This document shows, piece by piece, positions 22,849-34,800 of a stretch of DNA of 64,000 nt. The notes under the pieces are model-generated. The model was not told the origin of the DNA and did not search any database. It saw nothing but the letters and a program-made list of their open reading frames with translations. Position numbers and translations under genes: made by a program. The number at the start of each line of letters is the position of its first letter. Positions within the stretch are counted from its first letter, which is position 1. Where the stretch lies: positions 6,448,001 to 6,512,000 of the forward strand of contig CM059453.1 in assembly GCA_030390025.1 (NCBI GenBank), written 5' to 3'. This stretch comes from Squalus acanthias (Eukaryota).

Positions 22849-25800
22849 GTACATTTCTTCCGTTTTTACTAATTTCTAAAACAGCTGATTTATATCTGGT
22901 GGGAAAAGAACAGGACAGTACCTAATATAATTGTTTTTAATTGATTGTAGCAATGATGAGTTGGTATTCCATAAGTGTTTTATTGCATGTGATTGCCTAT
23001 TCAAACAATATTTAAATATAGGGCTTTTCAAGTTATATTTAAGAAGAATTGTAATGCACATTTAATAGCATGCTAATTCATATTGATTGCGTAATTCAAG
23101 GGAGAATCAATAGAAGTGTAAAGTTCATTCTAATTAATGTTAATTTTAATTTATATTTAACGAAGATTTTATAGGGCATTCACTTGCTTTTTAGTGGATA
23201 TGTGTTCGATTTTTAGATGAGTATTAAATATGCATATTATTTGTTCATAAAACTACTATCAAATATATATTCCAATGGACATGTCAATAGTTTTTGCGAT
23301 TGGTATTTAGTCAGTATTTTACTTGATTTTGAATAGTCTTTAACTGATATTTAAATTGCTAATGTGCTGGGTGGTTTTTAATCAATCAACAAGCAATTTT
23401 ATGGATGCTTAAGCAATTGCAATGCTTTTTGAATGGATACTTAAAGGCCGTCTAATCTTTTATTTTCTCAGCCTTTTGTAGTGTTCAATGTTCTGTGGTG
23501 ATGCCAAAAGTTGTGTCGGCGGTGTTGGGTTCTTGTGCAGAGATCCCGTGTAAATTTGATAACATAGGCTACATCGCCAACCTGAACGGGCGGTGGATAA
23601 AGAGGGATCCTGGTCCTGGAACACCCAATGACTCCATTATCTATGATTCGAATGATCCATTCAGGCAGCATTATAATTATAGTGGCAGAGCTGAGTTCAA
23701 GGGCAACCTTGAAAAAAGACAATGCTCCCTCCTGATAAAGGATATCCGAAAGAGTGATGAGGGTGCATATCAGTTCATCACAGCCATCAGCTCGGGCAGA
23801 AATTCTATAACACATCGCATTGCCCGTTCTGAAGTCTTTCTTTCTGTTTTAGGTGAGTTTGCCATTTATTGTTCTTGTACATTTTTATTCCATTGTTTTA
23901 GTATGAATTAACATAGAGTCATAGAGTTATAACGGCACAGAGGGAGGTTATTCGGCACATCGAGTGCGTGCCGGGTCTTTTTAGAGCAATCGAGTCAGTC
24001 CCATTTCCCCGTTCTATCCCCGTAGCACTGCAAGTTTATTTCACTCAAGTGCCTATCCAGTCTCCCCTTGAAAACATTGAGTGTCTCCGCTTCCACCACT
24101 TCCGTCGGCAGCAAGTTCCAGGACCTCACCACTCGCTGCGTTAAAACGTTTTTACTCACATTCCCCCTGTATCTCTTGGCCAAAACCTTAATCTCTGTTT
24201 CCTGGTCCTTGTACCATCAACTAGTGGTAACAGCCTTTCCCCGTCTGGCCTATCCAAACCCGTCATAATATTGTACAACTCTATCAAATCACCCCTCAAC
24301 CTCCTTTGCTCGAATGAAAACTAATCCAGATTCTCTAACCTGTCCTATTAGTTAAGATCCCCCATCTGCCGGAACCATTCTGGTAAATCTCCTCTGCACC
24401 CTCTCCAGGGCCTTCACATCCTATTTGTAAAGTGGGCAATTTTTTTGATTTCTCTGGCCGAACATTAAGGTTAGTGGAAACATAGCGGGCAGGGGTACTG
24501 ATAAGAGACGCAGGCATTCATATATTAAACACAGAGGTATATTGAAATTACAGCAGTAAATCAAGCCGTTCGGCCCAGACAGCCCGTGTTGCTGTTTGTC
24601 CTTCACATGAGCAACACTCCGAATAGCATGTGACTGCTCAGTTCCCATATCCCTTTATTGCAATTCCCTTCCAACAACTGTCGAGCCTATTCTGAAATGT
24701 CCACATGAGGATAGATTTACTAAGTGTTGACTGTACCTAAAGCTGACATTGTTGATCGTACTTATAATACATAAACCAGCAGCTCATTAGTTGCAATGAA
24801 ATGAAAGGTAATGGAACTAGGTTGGTTGCTAGAATGGGTGACTTTTCTGGAATGACAGTTTTAACCAGGGCGGCCATTTCAAATTCTATCTCAGTCTGCT
24901 TCTTTCTCCTCTGTCCCGATGCTTAAAAAGTTTAAGCACTTCTGTCAAATCTTCCCAAAATCTGTTTTAGCCTAATAAAATCTGCCTCAATTTTTAAATA
25001 ATTTCTTGCTAATTGTACTTCATCATACCAGACGGAAACTACGCGAATCAACCCTGTAGCCTTCCTATAGACTGGCGCCCAATACCCGTATTCTTACTCC
25101 AACAGTGAACTAACTACTGTTCTCTTTTGAATCGCCACTAATCTCGAATTTATATTACAGATCTCCTGCCATTAAACTCAGAGCTCCAGAAACATTTTCA
25201 TACACTTTTCCACTGGAGGTGCTGCTTTTACTGTCTTATGAACCTGACCCCAAATTCCTCTGCTCTTCCACATCTCCCAGCTTCCTACGGTCCAAATTAA
25301 CATCTACCACCTCATATATTCTGACCTTGAATTATATCTGCCTCTTATGTCCCCATTCTACAATATCTCTCGTATCCGTTTGTAACTCCCTTTAGTTCTC
25401 TAGTTATTTCCTGGGAGTTGTACTTGCAACTTTGTCATGGTTGTCAAACTGGCGATATTGGATGCGCCTCTCATTGTACACACTGCCCAATTTTCATTTT
25501 GTTGGAATCTAATTAACTCGTAACGGGAAATTTGGATATCAGTCTCTTTAGCGCCTTCTCCAAATTATTTTCTCCAAAAAAATGTAAAATTTTTAAAGTT
25601 TATGGTTTTCCATACAAACTGCAGCATTTGACACATTAGACCCCCTCTAACCCCACCTCATTGTCTCAGTTGAATCTTGCTATGTCTTTGATGTGGTGCC
25701 TTCCTGGCTGACCTGATTGTTTCTCTGCCGAGGTGTTGCAAAAGGCAGTCAGGAGGATTAAATGTAATCGTCTGACATTGTACGCTACACATGCATTGTT

Positions 25801-28800
25801 GTCTATCTATATATGCTTTGTCGATTCGTATTCCTTTACTTCACCTGACGAAGGTGCAGCAGCTCCGAAAGCTTGTGATTTCAAATAAAACTGCAATGGC
25901 TATAACCTGGTGTTGTGCGACTTCTCACTAATGTCCACCCCATTCCAACACCGGCATCTCCGCATCATGGCAAATTGTTGATGCACACAGTGAGTAAAAG
26001 CAATCCCACAGCACAGCTCTGTGGGACACCGTACTCAGATCCAACCATTCTGAGCAACTGCACTTAACGGCGACTGACTGCATCGTCCCTTCTAAACAGT
26101 TTATTTTGCAATTTCTACATTATCCTTAATTCCAAATATCTTAATATATTCTCCAATAATCTCCTGTGTTTACCGTCGACAATGGCTGGCTGATTACATT
26201 TCAAGTTACTTTTTGCTGAAGCGTCTTTTGACGTCGCCAGGAGTCAAAAGGCGCTGAATTAATGCAGTCTTTGTTCGTGCCTTTCCCTATCCAGCGCTCA
26301 TTTACCCCGCTTTTAATAAGATCTTAATTAAAAAGTAGATATTTCAGTAACGTGAAAATCAGTTCAAGTTATAATTTATTTGTTCTTTCTAATCCATCGT
26401 CAACAAATGATAGTTCTGCTGAAGCCTTCATGAGATTTACACGCGAGGAAACTGCCCTTTGTCTGGTCTGTCCCTTTCTTGAGCATTGTCGTTCTCCATT
26501 GACGTTTATTGGCAACAGAATCGAGATCTCTCTGGGTCTGCATTAGTCACCATCATATTGGCAGGTACTCGTGCAGAAGGAATCATAAGAGAGGATGAAA
26601 TATTCGTGACATTTGAGGAGTTAACGTTGATTCTAAGTCCAGCCTGCAAAATCTGTTCATTGGAGAATATCCATGATACATAAAATTTAGGAGACATAAC
26701 GACTAATGTTTAATTAAGTGGGGCCACATGTTACCTGATGAGGCCTAATACTAAATTACAACTGCGAGGAGTAATTCAGAATGGAGAACACACTTGCAAC
26801 ACGTAGCAGAGAAAAATGAAAAAAAAATGATTTTCTTGTTTCTTCTTTCTCAGATTTAGTTGTAAGCCATCAGTCGCCCGTTTTAACATTGAAATGTACC
26901 TAACAAGCTGGTTTTCTCCCGTTTTTATAGAAAAGCCAGAGATTTTAGGTTATGGGGAATTGACCGCTGGACAAACTGCACGAATGACCTGTTCTGTCAC
27001 CCACAACTGCCCGGATGGCAACCTGAAACTGAAGTGGATTAATTACAATGTGTCCCTTCCTCCCGCAATGGATACTCAAGATGGAGCAGAAATTAGCAAT
27101 GAAAGTTCAGGTTCTCGGACAGTTTCATCCGTGATCATCTTCACACCATCATCTGCTAATGACGGGAATATTCTGGGATGCACAATTCTAATTGATGGTA
27201 TCACAACTCCATCAGCACAATATTTTACCTTGGAGATTAAATGTAAGTCATAGAGTCATAGAGTTATACAGCACATAAACAGGCTCTCCGGCCTATCGTG
27301 TCCACGCCGGCCATCAAGCCCTGTCTATTGTAATCCCATTTTCCAGCACTTGGTCCGTAGCCTTGTATGCTATGGCGTTTCAAGTGCACATCTAAATGCT
27401 TCTTGAATTTTGTGAGGGTTCCTGCTTCTACGATCCTTTCAGGCAGTGAGTTCCAGATTCCAACCACACTTTGGGTGAAAAAGTTTTTCCTCAAATCCGC
27501 TCTAAACCTACTGCCCCTTACCTTGAGACTATGCCCCCTGGTTATTGACCCCTCTACTAAGGGGAAAAGTTCCTTTCTATCGACCCTATCTATGCCACTC
27601 ATAATTTTGTACACCTCAATCAGGTCACCACGCAGCCTTCTCTTCTCTAAGGAAAACAACCCCAGCCTGTCCAGTCTCTCTTCATAGCTGAAGCGCTCCA
27701 GCCCAGGTAACATCCTGGTGAATCTCCTCTGCACCCTCTCCAATGCAATCACATCCTTCCTCTAGTGTGGCGACAAGAACTGCTCACAGTATTCCAGCTG
27801 TGGCCTAACTAACGTTTTGTATAGCTCCATCATATCCTCCCTGCTGTTATATTCTATGCCTCGGCTAATGAAGGCAACTATTCCATATGTCTTTTTAACG
27901 ACCTTATCTACCTGTCCTGTTGCCATCAGTGATATATATACATGCACACCAAGGTCCCTCTGATCCTCTGTCCTTCCGAGGGTCTTACCACTCATTGTGT
28001 ATTCCCTTGCCTTAATAGTCCTCTAAAAATGGATGTCTTGCTGCTGTTGTACAGGGCCTTGGTGAGACCACATCTTAAGTACTGTGTGCAGTTTTGGTCG
28101 CCTTATCTGAGGAAGGATGTTCTTGCCATGGAGGGAGTGCACCGAAGATTCACCAGGCTGATACCTGGGATGGCAGGAATGTCGTATGAGGAGAGATTGG
28201 GTCGATTGGGCTTATACTCGCTGGAGTTTAGAAGAATGAGAGGGGATCTTATTTAAACTTATAAAATTCTAACAGGACTAGACAGACTAGATGCAGGAAG
28301 GATGTTCCCGATGGCCGGGGAGTCCAGAACCACGGGTCACAGTCTAAGGATAAGGGGTGAGCCATTTAGGACTGAGATGAGGAGGAATTTCTTCACCCAG
28401 AGAGTGGTGAACCTGTGGAATTCTCTACCACAGAAGGCAGTAGAGGCCAATTCATTAAATATATTCAAGAAGGAGTTAGATATATTTCTTCAAGCTAAAG
28501 GGATCGAGGTATATGGAGAGAAGGCAGGGACAGGGTACTGAATTTGGACGATCAGCCATAATCTCATTGAATGGCGAAGCAGGCTCGAGGGGCTGAATGT
28601 CCTACTCCTGCTCCTATCTTCTATGTTTCTATGTTTCTAAATGCATCACCCCACACTTTTCAGGGTTACATTCCTTTTGCCACTGTTGTGCTCATCTAAC
28701 CATCCCTTCTATACCGTCCTGTAGCCTGAGGCTTCCCTCCTCGCTATTTACCACTCCACCAATTTTCGTGTCATCTGCGAACTTACTGATCATACCTCCT

Positions 28801-31800
28801 ACATTCATATGTAAATCATGAATGTAGACTACAAACAGCAAAGGACCCAGCACCGATCCCTGCGGTACACCAATGGACACAGGCGTCCAGTCACAAAAAC
28901 AACCTTCGACCATCACCATCTGCCTCCTGCCACTAAGCCAATTTTGAATCCAATGTGCCAAATTGCCCTGGATCCCATGGGCTCTTATCTTCTTGACCAG
29001 TCTCCCATGAGGGACTTTGTCAAAATCCTTACTGAAGTACATGTAGACTACAGCAACTGCATTACCCTCATCCACACACTTAGTCACCCCCTCGAAAAAT
29101 TCAATCAAATTGGTTAGACATGATCTCCCCTTGACCAAGCCATGCTGATTATCCTTGATTAATCCTTGCCTCTTCAAGTGGAGACTAATTCTGTCCCTCA
29201 GAATTTCTTCCAATAATTTCCATACCACCGATGTAAGGCTCACTGGCCAGTAATTCCTTGGTTCATCCCTACGAGCCTTCTTGAATAATGGAACTACGTT
29301 AGCTGTTCTCCAGTCCTCTGGCGCCTCACCTGTGGCCAGAGAGGTTCTGAAAATTTGTGCCAGAGCCCCTGCAATCTCCTCCCTTGCCTCACACAGCACC
29401 CTGGGATACATCCCGTCAGGGCCTGGGGAGTATCCACTTATAAGCCCGCTAAAACCGGTAGTTCCTCCTCCCTCTCAATACTAATTTGTTCAAGTATATC
29501 CCCCTGCCTGATTTCTATATCTACATCACCCTTCTCCATCGTAAACACAGCTGCAAAATATTTATGTAAAACCTCAACTGCATCTTCCGGCTCTACACTC
29601 AGATTGCCACGTTGGTCCCTAATGGGCCCTACTCTTTCCCCCGTTATCCTCTTGCCCTTAATATACATATAAAACACCTTGGGATTTTCCTTTATTTTGC
29701 CCACCAGTGTTTTTTCATGCCCCCTCTTCGCTCTCCTAATTTATTTTTTTAAGTACCCTCTGCGCATTATATACTCCTCTAGGGCTTCCACTGTTTTTAG
29801 CACCTGGTGTCACCCAAAAGCCTCCCTCTTTTAACTAATCCATTCTTGTATATCCCTTGTCATCCAGGGTTCCCTCGGCTTGTTGGTCCCACCCTTGACC
29901 TTGACGGGAACATGTTGGTGTTGTACTCTTTCTATTTCCTTTCTGAAAGACTCCCACTGCTCTGATGTGGATTTTCCTAAAAGTAGCTGATCCCAGTCCA
30001 CTTTGTCCAGATCCTGCCTTATCATATTAAAATCGGCCTTTCCCCAATTAGAACCTTTATTTCAGGTCCATCTTTATTCTTTTCCATAACTACCTTAAAT
30101 CTCACCGAATTATGGTCACTGTCACCAAAATGCTCTCCTACTGACACTTCTACCACTTGCCCGGCTACATTCCCTAGAATTAGGTCAAGCACCGCCCACT
30201 CTCTTGTAGGACTTTCTACATGCTGGCTCAAAAAGCTCTCCTGGATTCATTTTAGGAATTCTGCACCCTCTAAGCCTTTCACACTCTGACTATCCCAGTT
30301 AATACTGGGGAAGTTGAAATCCCCTACTATTATTATCCTATTATTTCTACACTTCTCTGAGATTTGCTTACACATCTGTTCTCTTCTCCCCCTGACTGTA
30401 TGGGGGCCTAAAGTACATTCCAGCAAAGTGCTTGCCCCCTTTTTGTTTCTAAGTTCGACCCATATGGCCTCATTAGAGGAACCTGCTAAGATATCCTCCC
30501 AGTTTACAACATTAATTGTCTCTTTGATTAATATTGCGGCACCCTCTCCTTTTTTACACCACCCTCTCTCTCGCCTGAAGATTATACACCTCGGAATATT
30601 GAGCTGCTAGACCTGCCCCTCCCTGAACCATGTCTCTGTGATAGCAACAATATCATACTCCTATGTGTTCATCAACGCCTTTAATTCATCTGCCTTACTC
30701 GCAAGACTCCTTGCATTAAAATAAATGCCATCCAGCCTTGCCATAATCCTTGTGCCGTTATATATTTGCTCTGCCTTCCAGGCTGACTTGTTTTTTCCTG
30801 TATATTTGGCTGTGCATCACACGCTACTATAGCTCCACTCCGTATCCCATCCCCCTGCCAAGTCAGTTTAACACCCTCCCCCACCCCCCCAAAAAAAAAG
30901 TACTAGCAAACCTCCCCGCAAGGATGTTGGACCCGTTCCGGTTCAGGTGCAACCCGTCCGACTTGTACAGGTCCCACCTTCCCCAGAAGCAGACCCAGTG
31001 ATTCAGGAAACTAAAGCCCTCCCTCCTGCACCAACTCTTTTGCAACGCATTCATCTGTTCTACCCTCTTTTTCCTATACTCACTAGCACGTGGCACTGGG
31101 AGTAATCCAGAGATTACAACCTTTGAGGTCCTGCTTTTTAATCTGCTACCTAGCTCCCTAAATTCTTGTTGCAGGACCTCATCCCTCTTTCTACCTATGT
31201 CGTTGTTACCAATGTGAACCACGACATCTGACTTTTCACCCTCTTCCTTCAGAAGGCCGTCAGCCGTTCAGTGACATCCTTAACCCTGGCACCAGGGAGG
31301 CAACATACGACCCTGGAGTCACGTCTTAGGCCACAGAAACGTCTATCTGTTCCACTTACGTTAGAATCCTCTATCACTATTGCTCTCCCACTCTTTTTCC
31401 TCCCCTCCTGTGCAGCTGAGCCACTCGAAGTGCCACGGACTTGGCTGTTGCTGCATTCCCCTGAGCAACCATCTCCCCGATCAGTATCCAAAATGGAAAA
31501 TCTGTTGGAGAGGGAGATGGTCCCAGGGGACTCCTGCACTATGCTCCTAGTTATTTTACTATGTCTGGCGGTCACCCATTTCCTGTCTGCCTGGGCACTC
31601 TTTGCCTGCGGTGTGACCACCTCGTTCAACGTGCTATCCACGAAGACCTCAGCTTCACGGATGCTCCACAGTGACTCCAGCGCAGCTCCAGCTCCGAAAC
31701 GCGGATTTCGAGTAGCTGCAGCTGGAGACACTTCCTGCACATGTGTTCGCCCTGGACACCAAAAGTGTCCCTGACTTCCCACATAGCACAGGAGGAGCAC

Positions 31801-34800
31801 TCCACGCTGCCGAGCTGCCCTGCCATGTCATACCCTTAATTTACTCCCGTTACTTCCTTTAAATTGAACAATATCAAATACACTAGGGACCTTATTTCCC
31901 TTTAAACACTACTTACTGTAAACTAGAGACTTACTTTTACTTTAACGACTGGACTGTAGAGTTACTCACCAGGTCCTACTTACCAACCATCTCCTTCCCT
32001 GGTTATGACGTCACTTTAGCGGTTTCGCAGTTGTTATTGTTTGACTGCTCCCGCTCTCGGACTCTTTCCTTGGTGTAAAGTAAGAACCAATTCCCAACTC
32101 ACAGCACTCTGTTTAAACCGCACGTTTATTTTTCTCCAGATGCGTTTGCCGGGTGTCACAGAGCCGAACTCCCGCTGGTTCTCTGTCCGCTCTTGTGCAG
32201 CTTTTTAGCTCCTGCTCTCCTGGAAGCTGACAAAGATAGAAAAAGAAAGGAACACCTCCCTCCCCGAACTCCCTCACTAACCAAGCTCGCAGCTTAACAC
32301 TCTGTTCCGAGCTGCACTCCGTGACAAATAGCACTAAATGTCCGGTCTAAAGTAAACAGAGTTAACCTGTCGGGCAACGGGCACAAAATTTGTACTTTTA
32401 CCACAAGTAATTTATTAGGGATTAGAACTTCATCAAAGAATGCATCATGAAACGCTCAGCCTCTGTAGCAGGGGAGCTCACTTCGATAATCAATATTTCA
32501 GAATAGCTCTCATCTAATTCGCATCAGTCATATTACATTAGAAACATTCATATCCATGAATCAATGATGGTGCCTGCAACAGCTTTTTTAATGTGATTGT
32601 TAATCTTTATTCTAACAACTTCCAGTCAGGTTCTGAGTTAATCAATCACAAATGGAAGCAACAAAAGCCATGCCGAGTTAGGATCTGAAGCTATGACACC
32701 AGATCTCAGCTCTGGTTGGGCTTAATAAGAACTTAAGAATTAGGAACAGGAGTAGGCCATACGGCCCTTCGAGCCTGCTCCGCCACTCCGGCAATCATGG
32801 CTGATCATCGAACTCAACTGCAATTTCCCGCCTGATCCCCAAACCCAATATAATGAATTAATTCGGAGCATAATTATGCTTATTAAGCAATCACGTTTTG
32901 CGTTAATGCCTGTTTCAGATGGACTGGAAATCCCAACCGTTAACTCCTCTATAGTAGCTGTGGAAGGAACTTCATTATTATTATACTGCACGGCCTGGGG
33001 AAAACCCCAGGTCAGTTTAAGATGGGTGAAAAATGGTGAAGAGACCAGCAGGTCTTCCACTGGTGAACTAAAGCAGATATTACACAACATTCGTTCTGAG
33101 GACGACAATGAATATTGGTGCATAGCTGAAAATGCCCTGGGCACCACAAAACGTTCCACACAAATTTCTGTACTATGTAAGTATGTATTAATTTATCAAT
33201 TAGATAGTAGCCTTTCATTTCATGAACTCTGTATAAAATTCCAATTTTCTCTTGCCTGCTTGATGGAAGGCGCCCATGTGCATGAGTTTGGGATGGTTTC
33301 ACCCCTTCCGACGGAAATAGCGGCAAACTACCTCGTTGGCTCCAAAAATGGAAACAAACCTGGCATCTCGCTCAGTATGACAGGAGTGGAAGATGGAACA
33401 ATGTGGCATAAATGCAGCAGGTCTTACATTTATGAGTTTGCGACACAAGCACATTTACTGGGACCTTAACTCTACAACTAATTATTCATAACTTATACTT
33501 GCCGTCTGAAATAAACAATTTTCCTATCCTTAGAACTGAATTGCAGCAATTTGATGAGTACAAATTCTTACCAAAAAAAGTGTGTTAAATTGTTGTTAAG
33601 CCAACTGCTGTTACTTGTATTAAAGTTGAGTTAATAGTGTAATAAGCTCGAGACTTGGTTCTTTGAAATGTCGCCTTGTATACCGGACGTTTATTGAAGA
33701 ATCACGTCAGTCCACCACAAATGAAGATGTTTAAAACAGTAAACAAAGTGAAGAAATTGAAATGAATTGACCTTTTAAAACAGTGACGGGTGAGACACGT
33801 TTGTGGGTATATTATACATAATCAAAACTCTGAGCTAGCTCCGTCTGAGGGTCCCTCACAACATCTGTCAGGAGATGTATTGATGGACTAAACACTCATT
33901 GGATTTAACATGGAATTGTTCCGAACGAGCTCACCTGTTATACGTGAACATATAATAAGCCTTCAAAAGGTGCAACATATGCTGCTTCATCTTAAAATAT
34001 AACAACCAGAACTATTATGGTTAGTTCAAGTCATTACTTAATTGTATTTCGACACTACAACTAAATACATGATCATTTCCTATTGAAGTTTCCATTTTTT
34101 CTAGATAAACCCACAATTTTAATAGGCCCGACATGCACCAGCTCTGAATATTGGACGAATTGTAGCTGCCGGATCAGAGCCAATCCCCCGGGAAACATCA
34201 CGTGGAGCCTCAATGGGAGAATTCTCACTGGGGTCAGGTCAGATTTGGAAATCAGCTCCTGGGCGGTGAATATTCACCTCAGGGAGAGCTGCCTGAGATT
34301 GACTCACCCAACCGGAACCGGAAACCTGATTGCATGTGTTGCAGCAAACGAGCACGGTATTTCAGTCAGCAAATACCAGCTCCACTCTAAGGGTACGTCT
34401 GTAATCTACCTGTAATTTAATACTATAAGAGAGTTGTTCCATCATGGTCAGTCACTAACTGAACGGTGTTAGTGTCAGCAAATAAAAGCTCCATTAAGCA
34501 GGTCCATACTGAATCTATCTCTAATTAGAATAAGGACCTCTTTCCATCAGTGGTCAATCACCAACTGAAAGGTGACGTCGGCATTATCCATTTTAATTTC
34601 CATTCTTCTGAAACTTGTTCGGTTTATATTTTCAAAATAACATGGAATTATCTCAGCACCAGAAGTAGCCAGTGATCTTGGAAAACAAATTCTTCTGAAT
34701 TAAGATATTTTTTTTCGAAAATCCAAATTGCTCTCAATACATTATAGCAAACTGCAATCAACCAGTTTGTAGATACATGCTCATCTCTATCATGTTCAAA

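Noticed and set aside
31271-31774. Plus-strand ORFs over the intronic CR1, and similar ORFs elsewhere
   Set aside because: They are antisense shadows of CR1 ORF1/ORF2.
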